Assembly (NCBI GenBank): GCA_965226555.1
Contig: CBDDDG010000001.1
Coordinates: 64,001-128,000, forward strand
DNA from: Salinispira sp.
GTDB taxonomy: Bacteria; Spirochaetota; Spirochaetia; DSM-27196; Salinispiraceae
Direction: 5' to 3'
DNA: 64,000 bases
Below the pieces are notes generated by a model. The model did not search any database. It had not been told where the DNA came from and was given only the letters and a program-made list of their open reading frames with translations. Within the stretch, counting starts at the first letter, position 1; each line of letters starts with the position of its first letter. Positions 1 to 8,795 of the stretch are shown here, piece after piece. A program made the translations under genes and the position numbers.

Positions 1-9
1 ATTATAAGC

Positions 10-585
10 ATGGAAACTCTCAGCATTATTCAGCTCTTGTTCGCATTTGGAGTTTTTACTCTGCTGAACATAGTAATTGCTCTTATTATACGGCCGTCTC
101 AAAAGCAATTTGATGAAACCCGAGCGGAAAACAGGGAATTCATACAGGAATTCAAAACAGAAACCCGTGAATTCATACAGGAATTCATGAAGCTGTCTCA
201 AAAGCAATTTGATGATTTCAAAACAGAAACCCGAGAATCCATACAGGAATTTAAAACAGAAACCAAGGAATCCATACGAGAACTCAGGGAAACAATACAG
301 GAATCTCAAAAGCAGTTTGATGATTTCAAAACAGAAACCCGAGAATCCATACAGGAATCTCTGAAGCTGTCTCAAAAGCAGTTTGATGATTTCAAAACAG
401 AAACCAAGGAATCCATACAGGAAATAAAAGGGGAAATGCGCGAGCTAAAGGCCGACAACCGAGACATTAAACGTGGTCTGGATCATCTCATGTTTTCATT
501 AATTGCCCGTACTGACCATGAGCTTCAACTTTCGGGAGAAATTCACCATCCGCTGAAGAAAAAATCAGAAAGAGTATCTGGGTAA
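10..585 (+). CDS. Membrane-anchored coiled-coil repeat protein, array copy 1 (191 aa, full C-terminus)
   Basis: N-terminal hydrophobic helix (IIQLLFAFGVFTLLNIVIALII), then QEFKTETRESI / SQKQFD repeat modules; near-identical to three downstream paralogs. Confidence 0.85.
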   Translation: METLSIIQLLFAFGVFTLLNIVIALIIRPSQKQFDETRAENREFIQEFKTETREFIQEFMKLSQKQFDDFKTETRESIQEFKTETKESIRELRETIQESQKQFDDFKTETRESIQESLKLSQKQFDDFKTETKESIQEIKGEMRELKADNRDIKRGLDHLMFSLIARTDHELQLSGEIHHPLKKKSERVSG

Positions 586-721
586 ATAAAACAGCAAAGA
601 CAGTAACGGCAGCCTGTCACAGAGGTGAATTCAACGGCGAAAGGCGGCGCAGGTATGGTTGAATTCGCAGTGGCGTCAAAAAGGACTTGAAATTATTCAA
701 TTATAGTAGGATAGTATAAGC

Positions 722-1222
722 ATGGAAACTCTCAGCATCATTCAGCTCTTGTTCGCATTTGGAGTTTTTACTCTGCTGAACATAGTAATTGCTCTTATTA
801 TACGGCCGTCTCAAAAGCAATTTGATGAAACCCGAGCGGAAAACAGGGAATTCATACAAGAATTTATGAAGCTGTCTCAAAAGCAGTTTGATGAAACCCG
901 TGCGGAAAACAGGGAATTCATACAGGAATTCAAAACAGAAACCCGAGAATCCATACAGGAATTCAAAACAGAAACCCGAGAATCCATACAGGAATTCAAA
1001 ACAGAAACCCGAGAATCCATACAAGAATTCAAAACAGAAACCAAGGAATCCATACAGGAAATAAAAGGGGAAATGCGCGAGCTAAAGGCCGACAACCGAG
1101 ACATTAAACGTGGTCTGGATCATCTCATGTTTTCATTAATTGCCCGTACTGACCATGAGCTTCAACTTTCGGGAGAAATTCACCATCCGCTGAAGAAAAA
1201 ATCAGAAAGAGTATCTGGGTAA
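722..1222 (+). CDS. Membrane-anchored coiled-coil repeat protein, array copy 2 (166 aa)
   Basis: Same N- and C-termini as copy 1, different number and order of internal modules. Confidence 0.85.
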   Translation: METLSIIQLLFAFGVFTLLNIVIALIIRPSQKQFDETRAENREFIQEFMKLSQKQFDETRAENREFIQEFKTETRESIQEFKTETRESIQEFKTETRESIQEFKTETKESIQEIKGEMRELKADNRDIKRGLDHLMFSLIARTDHELQLSGEIHHPLKKKSERVSG

Positions 1223-1226
1223 ATAA

Positions 1227-1312
1227 AACCATAAGAAACTTTTGCATTGATAAAGGTTTGCTACTGGAAATTGTGCAAGCACAATTTTCCAATGCAAAAC
1301 TTTCTTATGGTT
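1227..1312. repeat. AT-rich palindromic repeat family A, 86-bp copy
   Basis: aaccataagaaacttttgcattg ... caatgcaaaactttcttatggtt outer inverted repeat with inner hairpin aattgtgc-aa-gcacaatt; identical copy at 3364-3449. Confidence 0.9.
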
Positions 1313-1334
1313 AAATTCACACTGGCGTCAAAAA

Positions 1335-2586
1335 TGGGATATTAAGGTTTGAACAGACCCCACTTTGACCTATTATGCGATCATTTCTTCCGAGTGCCAA
1401 GCCCTCCATCGCTCAAGCGTCGGCCGTGTGAGCCGTTGCTCCATTATGATCGGCTTGAGCCGGAGAATATCACTATCCACATTGGTATTCCGCTGCCTCA
1501 AAAGATCCAGCGGAGTCCCTTTGCGGTAGGTGTTGAACCGCCGGTAATTGAAATCTATCTGATACTCCTCGGCTTCCTTAAGAAACTCATTGAGCTTTGG
1601 ATTCATCACCTGACTGTAGAACTCATCCTCAATGAGCCGGTGCGAGGACTCGACAGAACTGTTCCATGTGCACTGCCCGGGCGGAATACGCAGATACTCG
1701 ACACCCGCCTGTATGAGCGCCTGCTCAAACCCCGATGTTCGGGTTTTGCTCAGATGTCGAACGGTGAACTCTGCCCCGTTATCGGTCTGAACCGTTATGT
1801 CCTTGGCAAGGTCTCCGTCATGATTCCGCAGGTGCTCCAGCAGGTACTCGGCGAACAAGGTTGTTACCATACTGCTCTTCTCATTGGCGAAGGCGTACCA
1901 CAGAGCCCCTGTCGCCCGATCCCGGGCGGTTATCTGGTACTTCGGAACGTCTAAACACTTCTGAGAAAACCGCATAGCGGGAATGTCCGTCAGATACTTG
2001 ATATCAATCTGAATGCACTCGCCGAACTTCATCCTGTCGGTTACCTCCCGCAAATCTCTCTTGGGTAGCGCCTTCGGCTTCTTTGTTTTCTGCGCCCCTA
2101 TCTGCTTTAGCGTCTTGATAATCGTCGGCAGGCTGTACTTCCCGCCAACTTCCGTCTGCAACTGCTTTTGCACCTGAGTTCCAATGATTTTGTTGTGATT
2201 CCGATTCTTGGTCTGGGCAAGACTCTCGAGATGACACCGGTGCCCGAATTTCATCTTCATCGGATGATTGGTCGTGCCCCGCTTTTTGTCTTCAAGCCCC
2301 TCGCCGGATTCAAAGCGCCGAACCCACCGCCGCACCGTGTTGCGCGACACCTCGAACTCCCGAGCAGCCGCCTTGATCGAATGCTCCTGGGCATACCGAA
2401 CCATCCGCAACCGCCAATCATACATCGAAGCCGCCTGATACTTCCGAGACTTGAGATGATACTGAGAATATGTGATACTACTGTTCACTGTTTCCCTCCT
2501 TTTATGTTTTATACAACCCCCAGTGTATACGAATAACCTTCGTTTTACACTGGGGAGGAGGGGTCTGTCCAAAGGTTTATATCCCA
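1335..2586 (-). mobile_element. IS481-family-like insertion sequence (1252 bp)
   Basis: 27-bp imperfect terminal IRs (tgggatattaaggtttgaacagacccc / tgggatataaacctttggacagacccc, 23/27 identical); 6-bp target duplication caaaaa at 1329-1334 and 2587-2592; the empty site ggcgtcaaaaaggacttga is seen in the other array spacers. Confidence 0.92.
1373..2488 (-). CDS. DDE transposase (HTH + integrase core), IS481-like
   Basis: HTH (AAAREFEVSRNTVRRWVRRF), QIDIKY, QTDNGAEF and VESSHR motifs; probable GTG start at 2488 after AGGAGG. Confidence 0.9.
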   Translation of the reverse strand: MNSSITYSQYHLKSRKYQAASMYDWRLRMVRYAQEHSIKAAAREFEVSRNTVRRWVRRFESGEGLEDKKRGTTNHPMKMKFGHRCHLESLAQTKNRNHNKIIGTQVQKQLQTEVGGKYSLPTIIKTLKQIGAQKTKKPKALPKRDLREVTDRMKFGECIQIDIKYLTDIPAMRFSQKCLDVPKYQITARDRATGALWYAFANEKSSMVTTLFAEYLLEHLRNHDGDLAKDITVQTDNGAEFTVRHLSKTRTSGFEQALIQAGVEYLRIPPGQCTWNSSVESSHRLIEDEFYSQVMNPKLNEFLKEAEEYQIDFNYRRFNTYRKGTPLDLLRQRNTNVDSDILRLKPIIMEQRLTRPTLERWRAWHSEEMIA

Positions 2587-2631
2587 CAAAAAGGACTTGA
2601 AATTATTCAATTATAGTATGATAGTATAAGC

Positions 2632-3150
2632 ATGGAAACTCTCAGCATCATTCAGCTCATATTCGCATTTGGAGTTTTTACTCTGCTGAACATAGTAATT
2701 GCTCTTATTATACGGCCGTCTCAAAAGCAATTTGATGAAACTCGAGCGGAAAACAGGGAATCCATACAGGAATTTATGAAGCTGTCTCAAAAGCAGTTTG
2801 ATGAAACCCGAGCGGAAAACAGGGAATCCATACAGGAACTCAGGGAAACAATACAGGAATCTCTGAAACTGTCTCAAAAGCAGTTTGATGATTTCAAAAC
2901 AGAAACCCGAGAATCCATACAGGAATTTAAAACAGAAACCAAGGAATCCATACGAGAACTCAGGGAAACAATACAGGAATCTCAAAAGCAATTTGATGAT
3001 TTCAAAACAGAAACCCGAGAATCCATACAGGAATTTAAAACAGAAACCAAGGAATCCATACAGGAAATAAAAGGGGAAATGCGCGAGCTAAAGGCCGACA
3101 ACCGAGACATTAAACGTGGTCTGGATCATCTCATAGAAACTTTTGCATAG
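2632..3150 (+). CDS. Coiled-coil repeat protein, array copy 3, C-terminally truncated by a 127-bp insertion
   Basis: Ends LDHL-IETFA*; the original tail (MFSLIARTD...) resumes after the insertion at ~3264. Confidence 0.8.
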   Translation: METLSIIQLIFAFGVFTLLNIVIALIIRPSQKQFDETRAENRESIQEFMKLSQKQFDETRAENRESIQELRETIQESLKLSQKQFDDFKTETRESIQEFKTETKESIRELRETIQESQKQFDDFKTETRESIQEFKTETKESIQEIKGEMRELKADNRDIKRGLDHLIETFA

Positions 3151-3261
3151 GAAAATTGCGCTTGCGCAATTTCCAGTAGCAAAAGTTTCCAATACGGGTT
3201 CTCTCATTTATATTCTTGATTCTCTCAAGGTATAGAAAGTTTTGCCACAGGCAAAACTTTG
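3135..3261. mobile_element. 127-bp MITE-like insertion of repeat family A
   Basis: Absent from copies 1/2 at the same site; flanked by duplicated tcat (3131-3134 / 3262-3265); ends agaaacttttgc ... gcaaaactttg. Confidence 0.8.
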
Positions 3262-3363
3262 TCATGTTTTCATTAATTGCCCGTACTGACCATGAGCTTC
3301 AACTTTCGGGAGAAATTCACCATCCGCTGAAGAAAAAATCAGAAAGAGTATCTGGGTAAATAA

Positions 3364-3449
3364 AACCATAAGAAACTTTTGCATTGATAAAGGTTTGCTA
3401 CTGGAAATTGTGCAAGCACAATTTTCCAATGCAAAACTTTCTTATGGTT
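3364..3449. repeat. AT-rich palindromic repeat family A, 86-bp copy
   Basis: Identical to 1227-1312. Confidence 0.9.
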
Positions 3450-3510
3450 AAATTCACACTGGCGTCAAAAAGGACTTGAAATTATTCAATTATAGTATGA
3501 TATTATAAAC

Positions 3511-4086
3511 ATGGAAACTCTCAGCATCATTCAGCTCTTGTTCGCATTTGGAGTTTTTACTCTGCTGAACATAGTAATTGCTCTTATTATACGGCCGTCT
3601 CAAAAGCAATTTGATGAAACTCGAGCGGAAAACAGGGAATCCATACAGGAATTTATGAAGCTGTCTCAAAAGCAATTTGATGAAACTCGAGCGGAAAACA
3701 GGGAATCCATACAGGAATTTATGAAGCTGTCTCAAAAGCAGTTTGATGAAACCCGAGCGGAAAACAGGGAATCCATACAGGAATTTAAAACAGAAACCCG
3801 AGAATCCATACGAGAATTCAGGGAAACAATACAGGAATCTCTGAAACTGTCTCAAAAGCAGTTTGATGATTTCAAAACAGAAACCCGAGAATCCATACAA
3901 GAATTCAAAACAGAAACCAGAGAATCCATACAGGAATCTCTGAAGCTGTCTCAAAAGCAGTTTGATGATTTCAAAACAGAAACCAAGGAATCCATACAGG
4001 AAATAAAAGGGGAAATGCGCGAGCTAAAGGCCGACAACCGAGACATTAAACGTGGTCTGGATCATCTCATAGAAACTTTTGCATAG
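3511..4086 (+). CDS. Coiled-coil repeat protein, array copy 4, C-terminally truncated by the same insertion
   Basis: Same termini as copy 3, different internal module arrangement. Confidence 0.8.
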   Translation: METLSIIQLLFAFGVFTLLNIVIALIIRPSQKQFDETRAENRESIQEFMKLSQKQFDETRAENRESIQEFMKLSQKQFDETRAENRESIQEFKTETRESIREFRETIQESLKLSQKQFDDFKTETRESIQEFKTETRESIQESLKLSQKQFDDFKTETKESIQEIKGEMRELKADNRDIKRGLDHLIETFA

Positions 4087-4197
4087 GAAAATTGCGCTTG
4101 CGCAATTTCCAGTAGCAAAAGTTTCCAATACGGGTTCTCTCATTTATATTCTTGATTCTCTCAAGGTATAGAAAGTTTTGCCACAGGCAAAACTTTG
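4071..4197. mobile_element. 127-bp MITE-like insertion of repeat family A (second copy)
   Basis: Identical sequence and site to 3135-3261, tcat duplication at 4067-4070 / 4198-4201. Confidence 0.8.
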
Positions 4198-4400
4198 TCA
4201 TGTTTTCATTAATTGCCCGTACTGACCATGAGCTTCAACTTTCGGGAGAAATTCACCATCCGCTGAAGAAAAAATCAGAAAGAGTATCTGGGTAAATAAA
4301 GCAACAAAGACATTAAAGGAAGCCTGTCACCGATTGATGTTGCCAAATATCTGTAAACTTTTGACATTCAATAAATCATATGTGAAGGGAGGACAAGATC

Positions 4401-5114
4401 ATGGGGAGAGGAGCTTTCTCAGGCAAAAAACTCAAAAGGGAAAAATTTCTTCGGAAGTATCTAGGGCGTATCCTTATGATTCTTGCCACCATAGTAATTT
4501 TTGTCATGTCAATATGTTCTTGGACTTGGTTATCGAAAGAAACGAATGGCAATACTGTGCGCAATGTTGCCTTAACAATTGGCGGATTATGGACTGCCTA
4601 TGCTGTGTCGTTAGCTGCAACGCGAATCAAAATCATGCAGCAGCAGCAAGTGTCCGAAAACCTTGCGCGAGCCTCCGAACAATTATCAAGCACGGTAATG
4701 TCTATCCGCATATTGGCTATCTTGTCGCTTGAGAAAATTGCCATAGAAGTGCAAGATGAAATACGCCAAGATGTTGTTAAGGTTTTGTGTGCGCATATCC
4801 GTGAGAAGCATTCGATTGATAATGGTAAGTCTCTAGTAGTAGATGATGACATTAAAGAAATAATATATGTGTTGGGTAACGTGCAAATTCAGAAAGATAA
4901 AGACATCAACATAAATTTGTCCAAAATAAGTTTGTTAAATGTTCAATTTTCAGGTGTTATTTTAAAATATGCAGTTTTGTCGGGCGCAAACTTGTTGGGT
5001 GCAGTTTTGTTGGAAGTTAGGGGGCTTGGAACTGCTAAAAATTTAGAAACCGTAAAAAATTCTCCGCAAGAAATTATCCTCGAAGTGCAAGATGGAAATA
5101 GAGGTGATGAGTAA
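4401..5114 (+). CDS. Membrane protein with short C-terminal pentapeptide repeats
   Basis: GGAGG RBS; two N-terminal hydrophobic helices; RASEQL...IRILAILSLEKIA...VLCAHIRE block; AVLSG/ANLLG/AVLLE pentapeptides. Confidence 0.75.
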   Translation: MGRGAFSGKKLKREKFLRKYLGRILMILATIVIFVMSICSWTWLSKETNGNTVRNVALTIGGLWTAYAVSLAATRIKIMQQQQVSENLARASEQLSSTVMSIRILAILSLEKIAIEVQDEIRQDVVKVLCAHIREKHSIDNGKSLVVDDDIKEIIYVLGNVQIQKDKDININLSKISLLNVQFSGVILKYAVLSGANLLGAVLLEVRGLGTAKNLETVKNSPQEIILEVQDGNRGDE

Positions 5115-5140
5115 TGCCAATTTATTCCATTGATCAGAGA

Positions 5141-5168
5141 TTGACAAAGAGGGAAAAAGCGTTATAAT
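5141..5168 (+). promoter_or_regulatory. Sigma70-type promoter of the HNH gene
   Basis: TTGACA-N16-TATAAT; AGGAGG RBS precedes ATG 5209. Confidence 0.75.
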
Positions 5169-5208
5169 TCTAAATGAATTTTGCATACTATGAAAAAGGA
5201 GGCAAGAC

Positions 5209-5469
5209 ATGCCAAAAGAACAAGCAGTATGGGACAAAGCAAAACCGCTGAAGGGACGAGACCCCGATAACGTTAGGCAGGACCCTTACGGAAACGAAAT
5301 TCACCGTCGCCAATATGGGCAGGATACCAAACATGGCTGGGAGATTGACCATATAACCCCTAAAAGTCGTGGCGGCAGCGACCACATCGGGAATTTGCAG
5401 GCTTTGCAAACAGACACCAATCGCACAAAGGGCGATTCACTGGTAAAGAAAAGCCGGCATAATCAGTAG
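5209..5469 (+). CDS. Stand-alone HNH endonuclease-domain protein (86 aa)
   Basis: GWEIDHITPKSRGGSDHIGNLQALQTDTNRTKG motif. Confidence 0.9.
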   Translation: MPKEQAVWDKAKPLKGRDPDNVRQDPYGNEIHRRQYGQDTKHGWEIDHITPKSRGGSDHIGNLQALQTDTNRTKGDSLVKKSRHNQ

Positions 5470-5569
5470 TAAACTTTATCCTCTATCACGTATGAAGCGA
5501 ATACGAGCTTTGGATAAACCAACGTAATTCTTGACAGAGTTCCCTAACATTTTAAGGTTTATATCCCCT

Positions 5570-6259
5570 TCATTCCGATCTGAATCGGTAGCCGATACTC
5601 CGCACTGTTTCAATAAGCGCGGAATCTTCCCTGAGTTTTTTCCGCAGGCCGAATATCTGAACATCAATGGAGCGTTCGGTTACCGAATAATCACTGCCCT
5701 TTATAGCGTCTATAATCTGCTTCCGGGAAAATACCCACCCAGGATTCCTCGCGAGAAATTCCAGAATGGCAAACTCGGTAATTGAAAGCTCCAACTTTTC
5801 CCCTCCCCGTAAGACCGAGTACATCTGCCTGTTTATGGTAATGTTATGGATACTAAAGGGAGTATCCGTGCTTTTCAAATTCTTCTGCGATCTTCTCAGA
5901 ACCGACTGCACCCGCGCGATCAGAACCCGGGGCGAAAAGGGTTTTGTAAAATAATCGTCTGCGCCCGCTTCCAGTCCCCCAACAATATCCGACTCCTCAG
6001 ATCTCGCTGTGAGTATAATTATCGGAATGTCGGCGCTCGGCTTTTCGAGTCTCACCATTCTGCAAATTTCAAAACCGTTCAGACCAATGCCCGGAAGCAT
6101 AATGTCGAGGAGAATGATATCAGGGTTCTTCTCCCGTACAAGCCGAAGTCCCTCCCGTCCATTGTCTGTCAGAATAACCGTATGCCCTGCCTGCTGCAAA
6201 TTATAACGGATAAGTTCCTGAATATCCCTGTCATCTTCAATACTCAATATACGCGCCAT
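5570..6259 (-). CDS. phoB: OmpR/PhoB-family response regulator
   Basis: Receiver domain (EDD, LLDIMLP, GADDYFTKPF) plus winged-helix C-terminus (IETVRSIGYRF); directly downstream of phoU. Confidence 0.85.
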   Translation of the reverse strand: MARILSIEDDRDIQELIRYNLQQAGHTVILTDNGREGLRLVREKNPDIILLDIMLPGIGLNGFEICRMVRLEKPSADIPIIILTARSEESDIVGGLEAGADDYFTKPFSPRVLIARVQSVLRRSQKNLKSTDTPFSIHNITINRQMYSVLRGGEKLELSITEFAILEFLARNPGWVFSRKQIIDAIKGSDYSVTERSIDVQIFGLRKKLREDSALIETVRSIGYRFRSE

Positions 6260-6270
6260 CTCATTTCCCC

Positions 6271-6924
6271 TTACAATTCCCGCATTGATCCGGTGTCGGC
6301 ATATATTATTGCGCTGCAGATCATAAGCACATGGTCGCCGAGGCGCTCAAGAAATCGGCTGATAAAAAGCACCGTACTTCCCTGTTCAACAGTTTCAGGA
6401 TCATCTTTCATCATATTGATAATTTTATTGTAGAGAAGACCATGATAATTTTCCAGATTATTGTTTATCTCCGATATCGATTCTGCCAGCTCAGGACTGG
6501 ATCGGGAAAATGCGGTGAGCGATATATGGAGCATTTCAATACCTGCCTTCGATATTTTCTGAATATCGCTGAGCACATAGTCCATTATTTTCCTGTCTAC
6601 CGTAATGAGACTGCCGGCAAGATGCCGGGCATGATCCCCAATGCGTTCCAAATGCGAAACAATTTTAATAACGGTAATAATTCTGCGAAGGTCTCCCGCA
6701 ACAGGCTGTTCAAGAGCAATAATTTTCGTGCAGGCATTTTCTATCTGCTTCTGATACGTATCGATGAGCACATCCTCTTCAACAACCTGCAGGGCAAGGG
6801 TTCTGTCCTGATTCACAAGGGCAGTAACAGCCTTCTGTAGCGATTCCTCTACCAGACTGCCCATTTTAAGCACCTGCTGATATATATCTTCAAATTCATT
6901 ACGTAACTTTACGCGGCTTTCCAT
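6271..6924 (-). CDS. phoU: Phosphate signalling protein PhoU
   Basis: QPVAGDLR, LERIGDHA and LERLGDH motifs; start placed at MESRVKL. Confidence 0.92.
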   Translation of the reverse strand: MESRVKLRNEFEDIYQQVLKMGSLVEESLQKAVTALVNQDRTLALQVVEEDVLIDTYQKQIENACTKIIALEQPVAGDLRRIITVIKIVSHLERIGDHARHLAGSLITVDRKIMDYVLSDIQKISKAGIEMLHISLTAFSRSSPELAESISEINNNLENYHGLLYNKIINMMKDDPETVEQGSTVLFISRFLERLGDHVLMICSAIIYADTGSMREL

Positions 6925-6928
6925 CTTC

Positions 6929-7882
6929 CTACCGTGAAAATTCTTCTGTGAACCAATTGTACAATGCAACCATGCGGTTATAGAAGCTATTCCGTACCTT
7001 TTCCTGAATACCAAATATTTCCGGAGCCTTCATACTGGAGAAGGCGGAGAAGAGAAGATAATTTTCCGCCCGATGAACCCGGATCTGAAGTTCAAGATCG
7101 CCCGGATCTGCGATCTGAATAATGTGGTAAAACATGGGGTCGATGTTGCGGATACTGATTGTGCCCGGCGATGCAGCAACCTCATAGAGATTCTCGCCAA
7201 AGCTGGCATCTACTTGTTTCATAACAAAGCGGTACGAGGGACGGATAGCGGCGAATACCGGATCCGGCAGAACAATGGTATTGTCAGCGCTGTCTACTAT
7301 TGCTGAACTCAGATAAAATTCACGCTTATATCCCCTGCTGGCAGAAAAGTAGTGAATGCCGGTGAGGGTGGATATGCGGTGAAGAACATTGAAAATGCGG
7401 AGGTCTATTTCTTCGTTGCTCAGTGAGTCCCGCAGGTTCTCGGGTATGTCGAGGGCCATGAGAATTTCAATGGCAAAGTTATTGTTCTTTTGCTGATGCT
7501 CGCGTGTATAGCGCCGGTGCTCCGATGTTCTGCCGACAGGCGATGGCGGAAGAAGCCGTGGAATAAATTCCGTACCATGGAGATAAATAATCTCCCCCCG
7601 GCTCCGAAAGATTTCAGCATCATCCACAGAAGAAAGAAACAATCCAACACTGCCCGGGAGAGGAAGAGACGCTTCCACAGCAAATTCACCTCGGGGGAGC
7701 TGATCGCCAGATACCCGTGTTGCCGATTCTGCCGAAATATGTCCGGGTATGAGGAAAAATAAGGGAAGAATGATGAACAGCCGTATTCGGCGGGGACGGA
7801 AGCCAATCCACATTACAGCAGGAATTTGAGGAGACTCGGCCATGCTGGCGAATTTGGCGTGAGGGGCGCGCTTTGAACCCAT
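6929..7882 (-). CDS. Exported hypothetical protein, resembling the spirochaete DUF6675 family (start uncertain)
   Basis: Signal-like hydrophobic stretch; ISTLTGIHYFSASR, DASFGENLY and SFYNRMVALYNWF motifs. Confidence 0.65.
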   Translation of the reverse strand: MGSKRAPHAKFASMAESPQIPAVMWIGFRPRRIRLFIILPLFFLIPGHISAESATRVSGDQLPRGEFAVEASLPLPGSVGLFLSSVDDAEIFRSRGEIIYLHGTEFIPRLLPPSPVGRTSEHRRYTREHQQKNNNFAIEILMALDIPENLRDSLSNEEIDLRIFNVLHRISTLTGIHYFSASRGYKREFYLSSAIVDSADNTIVLPDPVFAAIRPSYRFVMKQVDASFGENLYEVAASPGTISIRNIDPMFYHIIQIADPGDLELQIRVHRAENYLLFSAFSSMKAPEIFGIQEKVRNSFYNRMVALYNWFTEEFSR

Positions 7883-8580
7883 TTTTGGTCATAAATTACA
7901 ACATTCTCCTCCGGGGTAAGGTTCCAGATTCTCTTACTGCGGGTAATTATAATACATGCCGTGTCTTCTCTGGCGCGCTGCAGCGCATATTCCCGTACAA
8001 AACTTCTTATCATCTGGCTTGATGGAAGATCATGTACTACATCATAATTTCCGTTGAATGTCTTTGAATGATACGCCACAAGTTCCAGAGTTGCAATTTT
8101 TTGCGATATCTCAAAAACTGCATTTTCGCGCGATATATTCTTTTGCTCGGCAACATGCTCAATAATTCTTCTGAGCTTCTTCATCCACCACACCCCGGCA
8201 GGTGTATCATCATGCTGCGGAGATATAAACGGAAAGGGATATTCATTTTTGCCATTCTGCCGCAGTCCGTTCACAAACAGTTGAAAATACCCCTTTCTTT
8301 CACGCTCAGCAGCATAATCATCATGACAAAATCCAGGATTCAGATAAAGCAAATATACTTTTGCATTTTGAATATCACCATAATACGGAACCGGCATAAG
8401 CGATGTATGAAAATAGGTATCGTAGCGGGAAATATCGCTCTCAGGAATTTTTTTATATTCCTCGTAGGATAAGCATCGGGGTAAATATAGACGGTCACGC
8501 GGATGCACAAAGGGAGGAGTTTTGGTATTCAGCTCCTGCCAGAAATCAATAATTGTCTTTACTTGGGGATGAAAATTCAT
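7813..8580 (-). CDS. Uracil-DNA-glycosylase-superfamily-like protein
   Basis: PVPYYGDIQNAKVYLLYLNPG and LELVAYHS motifs; GAGG RBS. Confidence 0.6.
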   Translation of the reverse strand: MNFHPQVKTIIDFWQELNTKTPPFVHPRDRLYLPRCLSYEEYKKIPESDISRYDTYFHTSLMPVPYYGDIQNAKVYLLYLNPGFCHDDYAAERERKGYFQLFVNGLRQNGKNEYPFPFISPQHDDTPAGVWWMKKLRRIIEHVAEQKNISRENAVFEISQKIATLELVAYHSKTFNGNYDVVHDLPSSQMIRSFVREYALQRAREDTACIIITRSKRIWNLTPEENVVIYDQKWVQSAPLTPNSPAWPSLLKFLL

Positions 8581-8706
8581 ATTTCCTCTCTTTAATTAGG
8601 AACTTCCATTACTCTGAAATTTCCCTGTCAAACCATAATCCAGCATATTATGAAGCGCGACTCCATATATAGTCAAGATAAAAAATTTCACTGGTGGATT
8701 TTGTGG

Positions 8707-8735
8707 TTGACAGATTTTCTGAGCGCAAGTATACT
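8707..8735 (+). promoter_or_regulatory. Sigma70-type promoter of the surface lipoprotein gene
   Basis: TTGACA-N17-TATACT. Confidence 0.75.
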
Positions 8736-8795
8736 CCACTATATTCACGAGACCGTTGCCGCGCAACGATCTCTATTACTGTGAGGAGTGAAAGT

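Noticed and set aside
620..1320. Array spacers as integron attC sites (hairpins ending in GTTRRRY)
   Set aside because: The copy-1 hairpin is too short, copy 2 lacks a proper RYYYAAC, no integrase is present, and the 'cassettes' are paralogs with their own upstream regions.
701..3954. Minus-strand Phe/Cys-rich ORFs (701-1024, 2611-2991, 3490-3954)
   Set aside because: Antisense shadows of the coiled-coil repeats.
1..4300. Array and family-A repeats as a CRISPR array
   Set aside because: The repeats are coding modules or dispersed elements; there are no regular unique spacers and no cas genes.
4401..4460. N-terminus MGRGAFSGKKLKR resembling archaeal S12
   Set aside because: Short basic stretch only; the rest is a membrane pentapeptide-repeat protein.
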